This document shows, piece after piece, positions 26,808 through 37,323 of a stretch of 64,000 bases of DNA. The stretch covers positions 7,656-71,655 of the forward strand of contig DASTHW010000013.1 of the NCBI GenBank assembly GCA_035717985.1. Reading direction: 5' to 3'. The position numbers and the translations under genes are program-made. This DNA comes from Candidatus Saccharimonadales bacterium (GTDB lineage: Bacteria > Patescibacteriota > Saccharimonadia > Saccharimonadales > UBA10212). Position 1 is the first letter of the stretch, and every line of letters starts with the position of its first letter. The notes beneath the pieces were generated by a model. The model saw nothing but the letters and a program-made list of their open reading frames with translations. It did no database searches and was not told the DNA's origin.

Positions 26808-27938
26808 CTATTGTAAATATTCGTGCAGGCGGCGGGTATCCTTGTGCTTTCGCAGTTTAGCCAATGCTTTAGCCTCAATTTGGCGGATACGCTCGCGGGT
26901 AACAGAAAATTCCTGGCCGACTTCCTCTAGGGTATGACTTTTGCCATCCTCTAGGCCAAAGCGCAGTTTTAGAATCTTTTGTTCACGCTCGGTTAAGGTG
27001 CCCAGGATCTTTTTAACTTGTTCTTTAAGTAACTGTTCGCTAGCTGATTCGCTAGGTGTTTTTTGGTCTTCATCCTCAATGAAATCACCCAAGACGGAAT
27101 CTTCTTCGTCATCACGCACGCTAGCATCAAGACTAGAAATGTCTTGCTTAATCTTCATGATGTGCTCAACTTTATCGACTTCCATTTCCATAGCGGTAGC
27201 AATTTCTTCATTGGTCGGCTCGCGGTTTAACTCTTGAGTCAGGCGGCGCTGGGTGCGCAGGAGTTTGTTAATGGTCTCCACCATGTGCACTGGAATACGG
27301 ATAGTCCGGGCTTGGTCGGCAATGGCCCGAGTAATGGCTTGGCGGATCCACCAAGTGGCGTAAGTACTAAATTTAAAGCCGCGGTCCGGGTCAAACTTTT
27401 CAACCGCCCGCAGTAAGCCGGTATTGCCTTCCTGAATCAAATCAAGCAAATCCAACCCTCGGCCGACGTAGCGCTTAGCAATGCTTACTACTAGGCGCAT
27501 GTTGGCCTCAGCCATGGCGTCTTTAGCCCGCTTATCGCCTTTAACTACTTTTTGAGCCAGCTTTAACTCCTCTTCAGGAGTTAACAGCGGGATTTTACCA
27601 ATTTCGCGCAGGTAAAGACGGACTGAGTCGTCGGCGATATCGTCCATATAGGCCGTATCTTCGGCTACTGCTTCTTCTTCCTCTTCGACCGCCCATTCAT
27701 CTACAAAATCTTCCTCACGCGGCTCGGTAGCGGCAATTATCTCAACGTCATTTTCCGCCAGCTCGGCATTAAGTCCATCCAATACATCAATATTGGCCGG
27801 CGTGTCCGGAATCAGCGCAAAGATATCACGCTGATCTAGCTTGCCGGCCTTTTTGCCCTTTTCAAGTAACTGTTTAACTTGCTTTTCATAATCCCGCTTT
27901 TTAGCAGGTACTGGTTTTGGCACGGATTTCTTTACCAT
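26808..27938 (-). CDS. rpoD: RNA polymerase primary sigma factor RpoD
   Basis: [54 protein letters not shown] and a region-4 HTH. It is immediately downstream of dnaG, the classical dnaG-rpoD arrangement. Confidence 0.9.
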   Translation of the reverse strand: MVKKSVPKPVPAKKRDYEKQVKQLLEKGKKAGKLDQRDIFALIPDTPANIDVLDGLNAELAENDVEIIAATEPREEDFVDEWAVEEEEEAVAEDTAYMDDIADDSVRLYLREIGKIPLLTPEEELKLAQKVVKGDKRAKDAMAEANMRLVVSIAKRYVGRGLDLLDLIQEGNTGLLRAVEKFDPDRGFKFSTYATWWIRQAITRAIADQARTIRIPVHMVETINKLLRTQRRLTQELNREPTNEEIATAMEMEVDKVEHIMKIKQDISSLDASVRDDEEDSVLGDFIEDEDQKTPSESASEQLLKEQVKKILGTLTEREQKILKLRFGLEDGKSHTLEEVGQEFSVTRERIRQIEAKALAKLRKHKDTRRLHEYLQ

Positions 27939-27942
27939 AAGC

Positions 27943-29697
27943 TCACCCCTTTATTAACTGATTAAGTTTATCGACTTTTTTGATTAATTTTTGGGTCTCA
28001 GTCTCATCTTTAGCCTGGTTAATAGCTAGGATTAACTGAGTTTTTTGTATTTTTACGTAGTAATCAACTAATCTTCTGGCGAGGTTCTGGGCCTGCAGGG
28101 CCAAATCTTGGGCCGGCAGATCAGAATAAAGCTCCTCGAACTGTAATATTACAATTTTAACATAATCACTGATTTCCTGCAAAGCTCCCGCCGTCTTGGC
28201 GTCAGATTTAAAGTTAGGATTTTTAGTTAAAAATTCAAATAAAATCCGGGGCGGACCGTCTGAAAAATAGGCCGCTCGGCAATCTTTTAAAAGCCGCCGC
28301 AGTTTAGGCTGGGCCAGCAGGATTGATAAAAAGTGATCCTGCAGGCGGCGGTGCTCCACCGCCAGCTTATCTACCTCCGCTGGTTTAAGGTTAGGCCGCT
28401 TGAGTCGAACCTGCGGCTGGCCTGCCCCGCCGGCCAGCTTAGCCTTGACGGTCTCTAGGCTGGTATCAGTCAACTCGGCAATTTTCTTTAGGTAATGTTC
28501 CTGCTCCAGCGGGTCGCTTAGGCGTTTTATAATCGGCAAAAGCAGGTCGCTGAAACTACGCTTGCCGGCGGCCGAGGCTAAATCCAGCTGTTTTTCATAG
28601 ACTTCCATTAGCCAATCTGGAGCGTAAACTGCACTATCAATGGCTTTTTGCCAGGCTGAGGCGTCTTTTTTTACCAGTTCGTCAGGGTCTTTAAAGCCAG
28701 CCGGCAGGCTAATAATCTTTAGGCTGACATCGACTTTTTGAGACAGTGGGATGACCCGCTCGGTGGCGCTGATGCCGGCCCGGTCAGCATCAAAAGATAG
28801 ACGCACATCGCCGCTGAAGCGTTTTAGCTCGCGCAGGTGATACTCGGTCATAGCCGTACCGGCGCTGGCGACGACATTTGCTATACCGGCCTGGTGGCTG
28901 GCAATTACATCTAAATTACCTTCTACGGCCACCACAAAACCCAGTTTTCTGATGTCATTTTTAGCTTGAGCTAGACCAAAAACGTTACGGCTTTTGTCAT
29001 AGAGAATTGTCTGGGGAGTGTTGATATATTTGGGGGCATTTGGCTGATCAACCACCAGGCGGGCAGTAAAGCCGACCGGCATCCCGCGGCTGTCGGTCAA
29101 GGGCACCATAATCCGTCCGCGGAACATGTCAGCCGGATAGCCTTGGCGCTGGCTAATCAGCCCGGCCCGTTTCATCTCATCTGTCGTAAAGCCCTGCTTG
29201 GTTAAAAAATCGCTCAGCCCGCGGGCGGTGTTGGGGGCATAGCCCAGACGCCAATTTATAATTGTCTGCTTGCTAAAACCGCGCTTTTTTATAAGGTATT
29301 CAAGCGCCGGCCGGTTGGCAGTAAGCTGTTTTTGATAAAACTTGATAGACAGTTCCAGCGCCTCTTGGGCTCGAGCTTTAAGATTGGCGTTAGCACTAGA
29401 GCTACCAGTTTTTTTATACTGTGCCAGATCAACGCCGGCTTTGCGTGCCAGCGTCTCTAGAGCTCCCTTAAAATCCAGCCCCTCCATCTCCATAACAAAG
29501 CCAAAAATATCACCACCCTTGCCGCTGGAAAAATCATGCCAGATTTGCTTTTCCGGACTAACGATAAAACTAGGCGTTTTTTCATTAGTCCAGGGCGATA
29601 TTCCCTTAAAATTACGGCCGGCGCGCTTAAGCTGAACGTACTCGCTAACGACGTCCTCAATGTTTAGCCGGCTCTTGACCTCCTGCGCCGCATCCAT
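27943..29697 (-). CDS. dnaG: DNA primase DnaG (zinc-binding domain present but all four zinc ligands substituted)
   Basis: NEKTPSF motif, a TOPRIM core (EGNLDV, DADRAG) and a C-terminal helicase-interaction region. The segment [30 protein letters not shown] corresponds to CPFHNEKTPSF...HCFGCG in E. coli. Confidence 0.9.
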   Translation of the reverse strand: MDAAQEVKSRLNIEDVVSEYVQLKRAGRNFKGISPWTNEKTPSFIVSPEKQIWHDFSSGKGGDIFGFVMEMEGLDFKGALETLARKAGVDLAQYKKTGSSSANANLKARAQEALELSIKFYQKQLTANRPALEYLIKKRGFSKQTIINWRLGYAPNTARGLSDFLTKQGFTTDEMKRAGLISQRQGYPADMFRGRIMVPLTDSRGMPVGFTARLVVDQPNAPKYINTPQTILYDKSRNVFGLAQAKNDIRKLGFVVAVEGNLDVIASHQAGIANVVASAGTAMTEYHLRELKRFSGDVRLSFDADRAGISATERVIPLSQKVDVSLKIISLPAGFKDPDELVKKDASAWQKAIDSAVYAPDWLMEVYEKQLDLASAAGKRSFSDLLLPIIKRLSDPLEQEHYLKKIAELTDTSLETVKAKLAGGAGQPQVRLKRPNLKPAEVDKLAVEHRRLQDHFLSILLAQPKLRRLLKDCRAAYFSDGPPRILFEFLTKNPNFKSDAKTAGALQEISDYVKIVILQFEELYSDLPAQDLALQAQNLARRLVDYYVKIQKTQLILAINQAKDETETQKLIKKVDKLNQLIKG

Positions 29698-29876
29698 CCC
29701 GTTTAGACCTTACCCTCCAGCTTTGAACTTTTGGCTGAGGTCGGAAAACTAATATGCCGTCCGTAGTGCCAGACAATTCGCAAAATGGTACCAAGAGTTC
29801 TAACGGGATCCATCCTTTTAGTTTACGGCCGAAACATAAAAGCTGAAAGCTTAAGAGTAATCGTTATAATAGTCTT

Positions 29877-30479
29877 ATGCCGCCTCAACCGCAGAGCCCC
29901 AACCCTAGCTACGATTTCATTTTAAAGAGTGGCCAAACCAAATCGCGGTCTTTTAACCCGCTGAACCTATCTGGCCCGGTTAAAATCATCGGCGCGGTAC
30001 TGATTGTAATTATCTTGATAATTGTCTTAGGCACAGCCCTAGGGGGTAAAAATAGTGGCAAAGCTGGTGGTTTAACCGGGGTTTTAGGCCGGGCTCAGGA
30101 AATAAATCGCATCAACACCCTGGAACAACCAGTGATCACGGATCCAACTACACTTGATCTTTTAGTTACTGTCCAGAGTGCTCTTTCTAGCGAACAAACT
30201 CAGCTAACGAACATATTGAATCAGCAAAAAATTAAGCTCGACTCTAAGCAGTTGGCGGCCTATCAAAATAACGGCACCGATCAGCTACTGCAGTCGGCCG
30301 CCCAGAATAATAATCTGCCGGCGGCTTATGATACATATTTGCGCGGGGCACTGGCTGATTATGCCAATAGCCTCGTGCAAGCCTACCAGACCAATAACTC
30401 AAGCAGTGTAAAAAGTATTTTGCAGTCGGCTTACTCGAGCACAAAGACTCTGCTAGCCAGCCCACCGCTTAAACAGTAA
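29877..30479 (+). CDS. single-pass membrane protein, Gln/Asn/Ser-rich (200 aa), hypothetical
   Basis: TM helix VKIIGAVLIVIILIIVLGTALGG. A TATAAT at 29862-29867 sits only ~9 nt before the ATG, a possible leaderless transcript. Confidence 0.55.
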   Translation: MPPQPQSPNPSYDFILKSGQTKSRSFNPLNLSGPVKIIGAVLIVIILIIVLGTALGGKNSGKAGGLTGVLGRAQEINRINTLEQPVITDPTTLDLLVTVQSALSSEQTQLTNILNQQKIKLDSKQLAAYQNNGTDQLLQSAAQNNNLPAAYDTYLRGALADYANSLVQAYQTNNSSSVKSILQSAYSSTKTLLASPPLKQ

Positions 30480-30593
30480 ATTACCCTGACACCAGCTGGT
30501 AGGAATGATTTAATTTGAAGACAAACCTACGGTTTTTCCTCAACACTCCTTTTAGAATGAATCCAAATCCGTGCTCAAAAGCACGAACCGGAG

Positions 30594-30974
30594 CTACTCT
30601 TTTTCCCTTTTCTCAGACACCAATGAAAAGGAATGATTAATTAGATCTTTGACCTCTTCCCAAGACAGCTGGCCGGTTAGCAGTAAGGTATTCCAGTGCT
30701 TTTTATTTAGATGCCAGCCGGGCATGACAGTCTCATATCTTGCCCGCAGGGTTTCGGCTAAAAGCGGGTCGCACTTTAAACTCAGGCGCACTGGCTCAGA
30801 TTTTTCGGCTACCAGAGCGAACATTTTATCCTTCACTTTATAAACCGCCACACCTTCTCCGAACGGATAGTCCAGCTTAGATCCAGGTAAAGACAATAAA
30901 TATTTTTCTACCTCAGCATGCGTCATCCTTAAATTATATGATAGACAGCTCATATATTTGACAGCCGCGCCCAA
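30594..30974 (-). CDS. YjbR/MmcQ-family protein
   Basis: ...DYPFGEGVAVYKVKDKMFALV...PGWHLNKKHW pattern typical of PF04237. The probable start is the internal MTHAEVEKY. Confidence 0.6.
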   Translation of the reverse strand: MGAAVKYMSCLSYNLRMTHAEVEKYLLSLPGSKLDYPFGEGVAVYKVKDKMFALVAEKSEPVRLSLKCDPLLAETLRARYETVMPGWHLNKKHWNTLLLTGQLSWEEVKDLINHSFSLVSEKREKE

Positions 30975-30986
30975 CTACTATTTATT
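30958..30986 (+). promoter_or_regulatory. candidate promoter for the large surface-protein gene (TTGACA-17-TTTATT)
   Basis: Consensus -35 TTGACA at 30958-30963 with a weak -10. The RBS GCGAGGAG precedes the ATG. Confidence 0.35.
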
Positions 30987-31016
30987 AGTAAATAACAATT
31001 AGCGAGGAGTACTAAT

Positions 31017-34000
31017 ATGGCCCAATGGCTGAGGGTGGCTTGGCGAACATCAAAAAAAGTCATTAATATAACAGCGGCCTCGGCGCTAGCTTTTAGCGGC
31101 TTGGCTCTAGCTGGTCCCCTCTTTACAGCTTCAGCGGCGGCTAGCCCAACGGTAGTTATTAACGAAATCTCTAGTGGTGCCTCATCTAACGACTGGGTAG
31201 AACTCTATAACCCGGCTGATACCAGCACGTCTCTCACCGGCTGGACCGTATCCGACTCGGCCAATAATTTAGGTACTTTAAGCGCCTCTAGCATAGCCGG
31301 TCACGGCTATGTAACTGCGGCTTTTGGCAATTCCTTAAATAATAGCGGCGACAGCGTAACGCTTAAGGATGCCAGTGCGGTAATAGTGGACTCCGTTACT
31401 TATGGTGCAGGCGGCCAGCCCGCCCCGGCTAGCGGCCAGAGTTTGGCCCGCGTAACTAACGGCGGCGACAGCTGGGCTCTTAGTAACTCACCGACAGATG
31501 GCACTAGTAACGACCCTTTAGCTGAGCAGAGCGTCTGCGCCAGCGGCTGTGACGTAACTACCATCGCCGCCGCCCTATCAACCATCGGCGCCGGCGGTAA
31601 TATCTTTATTAACGACGGCACCTACAGCTTAAGCTACACTCTGTCCATTGATAAGGCTGTCACCCTTACGGGCGCTGACGAGGCCGGTGTGATTATCAAC
31701 GCATCGAATGTAGCCTCTGGCTACGGTGTTTACACCAATGTTGACAATGTAACAATTAAAAACCTATCCATTATTGGCCCGGCTAATTCCAGCGGTTACG
31801 GTCTAAAAATTGAGGGTAGCGTCTTAGGCGGACTAGCGGCTGATAGTAATATTAAGGTTACAAACGTAGCCGTCAGCGGTAGTTACCGCAGTGGCATTGA
31901 TTTAAACGGCATTAACAACGCCAAGCTAACTAACATCAGCTCGACCGGGGCCACCCATGGTAACGGCCTAGCTATAACTGATAGCCGTAATATTGTCCTC
32001 GACGGCGTTTCTACTGCTTCAAATGCCTGGGGTGGCGTAGCTCTTTACGCCAAGGGCAGTTACTATGCCTGCGGCGTCGATAACATTACCCTTACCGGCA
32101 CTAACAGCTTGGATGATCCAGGAGCACTATATACCGGCATAGATAACACCTCTAATCCTGACTGCACGGTTACCAATCTCCACATATCCTCAACCGACTT
32201 ACCCTACAAAGTAAGCCTGTCTAGCGACGATCCGCAGGATGTCTACACGACTAGTTTGGATAATGCCGGCTTGGTTTCGGCCATTCGCGCCTCTGCAAAC
32301 CCAGTAGTCAGCTCAACCGATGACAGCACTAACTTATGGGTGGCTACCGGCCAGACAATCCAAGATGTGGTCGACAGCGCCCAAACCGGCGACACCGTCA
32401 ACGTACCAGCCGGCACCTACGATGGCTTTTCGATTAGCGGCAAAACCGGCGTAACCGTCAGCGGAGCCGGAGCCACGGTTATCGCTCCGACCAACCTGGT
32501 CGATAGCCACTTGCAACACAAATATACGGCTGATATGCAAGTTTCAGTCCTGGTCAATAATTCCAGCGATATCACAATCAGTGGCCTATCAATAAATGAT
32601 AATGGTATGGCTCCTGGTTATGGTGGACCTGATTCACTAGTGTTTTGGAATGCTTCAACTGGTACGCTAGCTAATGATAATATCGCCGGCACCTATGCAA
32701 TCAACGGCATTCAAACAGGCCAAGGTATCGCCCTAGACGCTAGCGGCAGTGCCGGCGCTAGCCTGAACGTACTTAACTCTACCATCACCGGCTTCCAGAA
32801 AAATGGCATTGATGTCATTAACGGCAACGGTTCAACCAGCGGAGCTAGCGGTACGGTTAGCTTAAATGTCAGCGGTACGACCATAACCGGCGCTGGTTCA
32901 ACCTCGGCAATAGCCCAAAACGGCATCGTGCTCTGGGACCGCGGCGGCGGCACGGTCAGTGGGACTATTAGCGATTCGGCTATCTCAGGTTTTGAATACG
33001 CTCCACTAGATATAGTCAACGGCAATAACGGCACAGGTATTCTGACGTACGGTACATCAAGCTCGGCGAGCGTTACAAACAGCACATTAAGTAATTCTGA
33101 TTTGGACGTAGCTAACGCTACCGCTAGCGGTACGTTTGATGCCAGTCTTAACTGGTGGGCCAGCTCAGACCCGGACTTTTCTGTCCTGGTTGGCCAAGCT
33201 AGCGATGGCTATAGCCCGGTAACGACCACACCTTATTTCACTAATGCCGCCATGACTACCCGCTCTGATGCTAAAGTCCTGCCGGATAGCGGCGGCAATG
33301 CCACTGTCAATAATTCGACTCCTCAGGTTGTGGTAACCTCTAACAGCCAACCCCTTAATATAACGGTAACCAGTGGTACCAATAGTGCCTCAATTGACTT
33401 CAGTTCGCTAATAAACTCGGGCAGTGGGACATTGCCGCAAACCACCATTAGTAGCACCACTGCCACAGTGTCGATCCCGGCCGCCACGACTGTGACCGCC
33501 GCCAGCGGGAGCTGGAATGGTGTGATTAGCGCGCCGACTGTCGAACCAAACAGTTCAGTTAATGTTCCAACGGCCAGTGGTACTACCACTACTGTGGCGA
33601 CGGTAATCGAGGTAGGCGCCGGTAACACCGGACTGACATTCAGTAAGGCTGTCCGCCTGCTGATTCCCGGTCAGGCCAGCAAACTGGTCGGTTTCGTCAG
33701 AAACGGCGACTTTACTCAAATTACAAATGTCTGCTCGGCCGATTCGCAGACTATCGGTGATAGCTTACCAGCGGGCGGTGATTGCTGGATCAATGTCGGT
33801 AATGACATGGTGGTCTGGACAAAACACTTCACGGAATTTGTAACCTATAGCCAACAGCCAACGGTCAGTAGTACCAAATCCAGCGCTAGCGGAACCTCCA
33901 CGCCCGTTCAAACAGCTAGCGCCATTACAAACAGCACTGGAGAGACAAATAATAGCTCGGCCGAACCCCAGGTTCTTGGTGCTAACAACAGCGGCCAGCC

Positions 34001-34181
34001 CAGAACCTCGTCTGCCTCGACTCAAAAGCCGGCTCCAAAAGCGGCGACGGCTATAGCCAACTCCAAAGCCGGCCGAATCTTTGGCCTAATGTGGTACTGG
34101 TGGATCCCCATCATTTTGGCGGCGGCCATAATCATTTGGATTTACCAGCGCGGCCTAGCTACCACTTCCGGAAAATCTTAG
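31017..34181 (+). CDS. large cell-surface protein: signal peptide, lamin-tail domain (LTD), parallel beta-helix repeats, Ser/Thr-rich stalk and C-terminal TM anchor
   Basis: N-terminal signal/TM (ITAASALAFSGLALAGPLFTASA). LTD signature VVINEISSGASSNDWVELYNPADTSTSLTGWTVSD...GDSVTLKD. Many G/N/T-rich beta-helix repeats. C-terminal IFGLMWYWWIPIILAAAIIIWIYQRG. Confidence 0.8.
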   Translation: MAQWLRVAWRTSKKVINITAASALAFSGLALAGPLFTASAAASPTVVINEISSGASSNDWVELYNPADTSTSLTGWTVSDSANNLGTLSASSIAGHGYVTAAFGNSLNNSGDSVTLKDASAVIVDSVTYGAGGQPAPASGQSLARVTNGGDSWALSNSPTDGTSNDPLAEQSVCASGCDVTTIAAALSTIGAGGNIFINDGTYSLSYTLSIDKAVTLTGADEAGVIINASNVASGYGVYTNVDNVTIKNLSIIGPANSSGYGLKIEGSVLGGLAADSNIKVTNVAVSGSYRSGIDLNGINNAKLTNISSTGATHGNGLAITDSRNIVLDGVSTASNAWGGVALYAKGSYYACGVDNITLTGTNSLDDPGALYTGIDNTSNPDCTVTNLHISSTDLPYKVSLSSDDPQDVYTTSLDNAGLVSAIRASANPVVSSTDDSTNLWVATGQTIQDVVDSAQTGDTVNVPAGTYDGFSISGKTGVTVSGAGATVIAPTNLVDSHLQHKYTADMQVSVLVNNSSDITISGLSINDNGMAPGYGGPDSLVFWNASTGTLANDNIAGTYAINGIQTGQGIALDASGSAGASLNVLNSTITGFQKNGIDVINGNGSTSGASGTVSLNVSGTTITGAGSTSAIAQNGIVLWDRGGGTVSGTISDSAISGFEYAPLDIVNGNNGTGILTYGTSSSASVTNSTLSNSDLDVANATASGTFDASLNWWASSDPDFSVLVGQASDGYSPVTTTPYFTNAAMTTRSDAKVLPDSGGNATVNNSTPQVVVTSNSQPLNITVTSGTNSASIDFSSLINSGSGTLPQTTISSTTATVSIPAATTVTAASGSWNGVISAPTVEPNSSVNVPTASGTTTTVATVIEVGAGNTGLTFSKAVRLLIPGQASKLVGFVRNGDFTQITNVCSADSQTIGDSLPAGGDCWINVGNDMVVWTKHFTEFVTYSQQPTVSSTKSSASGTSTPVQTASAITNSTGETNNSSAEPQVLGANNSGQPRTSSASTQKPAPKAATAIANSKAGRIFGLMWYWWIPIILAAAIIIWIYQRGLATTSGKS

Positions 34182-34196
34182 AGATAATTTAAAATC

Positions 34197-34592
34197 TTAC
34201 TTTTTGGGTTTGAAGTCTAGGCTGGCTGAATTAATGCAAAAGCGCATACCGGTCGGGGTCTGCGGAGCATCGTGAAAAACGTGGCCCAAGTGACTGCCGC
34301 AGGCGGCGCAGGAGACTTCTACTCTCTGCAGACCGTCAGCTCTATCCTCGGTTAATTTAACGGCGCTAGCGTGAGCCACATTATAAAAACTAGGCCAGCC
34401 GGAACCGCTATCAAACTTGGTATCGCTTTTAAACAGCTCCGCCCCGCAAACCGGGCAGACATAAGTACCGGCCTGCTTGTTATGCAGTAGTTTACCGGTA
34501 AACGGCGTCTCAGTGCCTTTTTCACGCAGAATACGGTACTGCTGTGGCGTCAGCCTTTGTTTAATCTGCTCTTCTGTCTGAGCTTTTTTCAC
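34197..34592 (-). CDS. msrB: peptide-methionine (R)-S-oxide reductase MsrB
   Basis: Two CxxC zinc motifs plus the catalytic Cys: CPVCGAELF...[21 protein letters not shown]. Confidence 0.9.
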   Translation of the reverse strand: MKKAQTEEQIKQRLTPQQYRILREKGTETPFTGKLLHNKQAGTYVCPVCGAELFKSDTKFDSGSGWPSFYNVAHASAVKLTEDRADGLQRVEVSCAACGSHLGHVFHDAPQTPTGMRFCINSASLDFKPKK

Positions 34593-34596
34593 TTAA

Positions 34597-36249
34597 CTAC
34601 ATCCTCTCTGGAGCTGAAATACCCAGTAATTTTAATCCGCCGGCTAAAACTTGGCTGTAAGATTCTACCAACTTTAGCCGCAAGCCTGCCCGCGGGTCAC
34701 CAATAATCCGGCTAGTTTCATAAAATTTGTTAAAACTTTGGGCTAGCTCATACAGATAATTGCAAATTTGATTAGGCGCCAGCTCAGCCGTGGCGCCAGC
34801 GACTACCTCTGGGAATTCACTAATTTTGCGGGCCAGTAGCCGCTCCGGCGGCTCATAAGATTCAATAGCCGCTGGCTCTGCCGGTAGTTCCGAGGCTTTG
34901 GCTAAAATTGAGCAGGCCCTAGCGTGGGCGTACTGCAGGTAAGGCCCGCTATTGCCCTCAACGGCCACCGATTCTTCCACATCATAAACAATATCTGAAC
35001 CTAAGTGGTGGCGCAGTAGACCATATTTAACGGCGCCCAAGTAGATTTCATCCTTTTGGGCCGAGTCGGGATACTGGGCATAGACCCGCTCTTTTACTTT
35101 AGCCAGTAAATTAGTTGCCGAATAAACATTGCCTGTGCGACTACTCATTTTGCCGGTGGATAGGCTTAAAAAGCCGTGAGCCAGATGGGTGGTTTTTTCG
35201 GCTAGGGAACGGTTAATTTCAGCTAAAGCCGCTAGCATTACTTTAAAGTACTCGCTCTGCTCACTAGCCGTAATGATTAGGGAGCGCCTGGCTCCCGGGT
35301 AATCTTTGTCTTTTAGGCTGGTTAGACCAAGATCTTTTGCCTCATAAGTCGGCAGACCTTGACTGGTTATAAAAACCCGTGTGTGCAGGCCGGCTTTTTC
35401 ACCCGGATAAATCACCGCTCCGTCAGACTCTTCAAAGACCGGGCCGATATTTTTCTGTACCATCTCCTTGCCAACCTCCGCCGTCTGGCTTTCTAAATAT
35501 CGCCGGTCATTGCTTATATCAAGCAGTTTTAAAATGTTGTCAAAAGCCTTGAAACTAAGCTCTCTACCCTGTTCATAAATATTTTTAATGTCTGGGTCTT
35601 GACCGCTATAAATCAAATGATTGATTTTGGTAATCTCATCCTTGGCAGATGGCGACTGCTCATAAGCCTCGGCGCCTTTGGCGTAGTAATTACCAATCAT
35701 GGTATCCGCCGCCAAACCGTCCGCCAGCTGAAATTCGGCGGCTCCGCTGGCCTGCTTGAGCGCCCAAATGGTTTTAGCTACGTGCAGGCCAACATCGCCG
35801 TGGTAGCTTAGACGGCGCACACTGGCGCCGGCCGATTCCAGCAGTCTGGCAATAGCATCACCGACAATGTAGCTGTATAAATGGCCAATGTGCATTTCTT
35901 TGAAAGGGTTAGGGTCGCCAAATTCTACCAAAATTTCCTGACCGGCCAGAGCCTGCGCCGGTCGGGTGGCGGCTTGTGCCGACTCAGCCAGCACCTTGTC
36001 GGTCAACCAAAAATTAATAAAGCCCGGCCCAGCCAGCTCTACTTTAGCTAGGTTTGGGTTTTGGCTTAAAGCGTTAGCTAGCGCTTGGGCTATTTCGCGC
36101 GGCGGTTTTTTTAGCTGAGCGGCTAATTTTAAAGCAATGTTAGACGAAAAATCGCCAAATTTAGCTTCCGGGCGGCTAATTTCCGGCTCAATATCAGTTT
36201 CATATACTGACTTAGCGGCCTGTTTTAGGGCCGACGAGATTTCCTGCAT
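34597..36249 (-). CDS. argS: arginine--tRNA ligase
   Basis: HIGH motif (EMHIGHLYSYIVGDAIARLL), the class I catalytic core and a DALR anticodon-binding domain; 550 aa. Confidence 0.9.
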   Translation of the reverse strand: MQEISSALKQAAKSVYETDIEPEISRPEAKFGDFSSNIALKLAAQLKKPPREIAQALANALSQNPNLAKVELAGPGFINFWLTDKVLAESAQAATRPAQALAGQEILVEFGDPNPFKEMHIGHLYSYIVGDAIARLLESAGASVRRLSYHGDVGLHVAKTIWALKQASGAAEFQLADGLAADTMIGNYYAKGAEAYEQSPSAKDEITKINHLIYSGQDPDIKNIYEQGRELSFKAFDNILKLLDISNDRRYLESQTAEVGKEMVQKNIGPVFEESDGAVIYPGEKAGLHTRVFITSQGLPTYEAKDLGLTSLKDKDYPGARRSLIITASEQSEYFKVMLAALAEINRSLAEKTTHLAHGFLSLSTGKMSSRTGNVYSATNLLAKVKERVYAQYPDSAQKDEIYLGAVKYGLLRHHLGSDIVYDVEESVAVEGNSGPYLQYAHARACSILAKASELPAEPAAIESYEPPERLLARKISEFPEVVAGATAELAPNQICNYLYELAQSFNKFYETSRIIGDPRAGLRLKLVESYSQVLAGGLKLLGISAPERM

Positions 36250-36269
36250 ACCATTTATGATAACAAAAG

Positions 36270-36938
36270 CTATCTTTTGGAATCCGGCTGGACTAGTAAA
36301 AAATAGGCTCGGTACATAATGCTTAAAACTACAAAGAATAAACCGGTAACGGCCAGTGTGCTGGTATGGCCTAGCGGGTCGACTATCCGGTCGGTCAAGC
36401 TGATGATTACTCCCGCTGGATTCAAAATGACATCTAAGCTATTCCAGCGTAGAACTCGGCCCATATAAATAGCCAGGCTACTTATTAAAATAACCGCCTC
36501 GATGATAACAAGAGCCTGCTGGGCCGAAAGCCTTTGCCTCAGCTCCCGGTGGACTAGATAAAGGCTGGTAAAGCCTAGCAGGTAGCCGGTGATAATTAAA
36601 CTGCCCAGCTGGGCAATATCATAAAGTTGGCTAACCATAGTGCCGGGTGTCAGGTGGATAAAATCGGTCAGCACGTACCAGGAATTAGGCAGTAGTACTA
36701 GCCAGAGAAGGCTCAAGCCCGCCCCGCCCCAGCTTTGCCAGCGGTGGCTCTTTAGATAGTCGCCTAACAGCCAAGCCGAGGCCAGGCTGGCCCAAGCCAG
36801 CGCCAAGTTGCCAGGGATAAATAAATATATCCACTGGCGATCGATGAGCAGTCTCAATAAAAAAAGGCCGAGGCACAGCCCACTAAGCCAAAGCAGGCTT
36901 AGGCTAAAGCGAGTCTCAGTTTTAGTAAAAGCGGTCAT
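36270..36938 (-). CDS. polytopic integral membrane protein, hypothetical
   Basis: At least 6 predicted TM helices and Trp-rich loops. Confidence 0.55.
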   Translation of the reverse strand: MTAFTKTETRFSLSLLWLSGLCLGLFLLRLLIDRQWIYLFIPGNLALAWASLASAWLLGDYLKSHRWQSWGGAGLSLLWLVLLPNSWYVLTDFIHLTPGTMVSQLYDIAQLGSLIITGYLLGFTSLYLVHRELRQRLSAQQALVIIEAVILISSLAIYMGRVLRWNSLDVILNPAGVIISLTDRIVDPLGHTSTLAVTGLFFVVLSIMYRAYFLLVQPDSKR

Positions 36939-37027
36939 CGCTTACCCTACATTTTAACCGATTACGCTTTAAGTAAATTAAATAAATATATTTACATATA
37001 TAAATACATCTTGTTACAATAAAGTCC

Positions 37028-37300
37028 ATGATCAGTGACCAAACTGTAGCCGTCTTAAAAGCTCTGGCTGACCCGACTCGTCTCAATTTGGTGCGGCGGC
37101 TAGCGCATGAGCCAGCTAGCCGGCAATCCTGTGGTCGTTTAAGCGCCCGGGCCTGTTTAAGCCAGCCAGCCATGAGCCATCATTTTGCCAAGTTGGTTAA
37201 TGCCGGCGTGGTGCTAGAAAGTAAATCCGGCAAAGAAAAGAATTATCAGCTTAACCGGCAATTACTTATAAAGTGCGGTTTGGTACCTGAGCGCTTATAA
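37028..37300 (+). CDS. ArsR/SmtB-family transcriptional regulator
   Basis: LKALADPTRLNLVRRLA...LSQPAMSHHFAKLVNAGVV winged-HTH signature. An AT-rich palindromic region (TAAATATATTTA) lies upstream. Confidence 0.75.
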   Translation: MISDQTVAVLKALADPTRLNLVRRLAHEPASRQSCGRLSARACLSQPAMSHHFAKLVNAGVVLESKSGKEKNYQLNRQLLIKCGLVPERL

Positions 37301-37323
37301 AATCTAACCCAAAGGAAATAACT

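Noticed and set aside
36922-37173. 83-aa minus-strand ORF overlapping the ArsR promoter region
   Set aside because: It lies in AT-rich intergenic DNA, overlaps the ArsR gene start and has no RBS. It is likely spurious.
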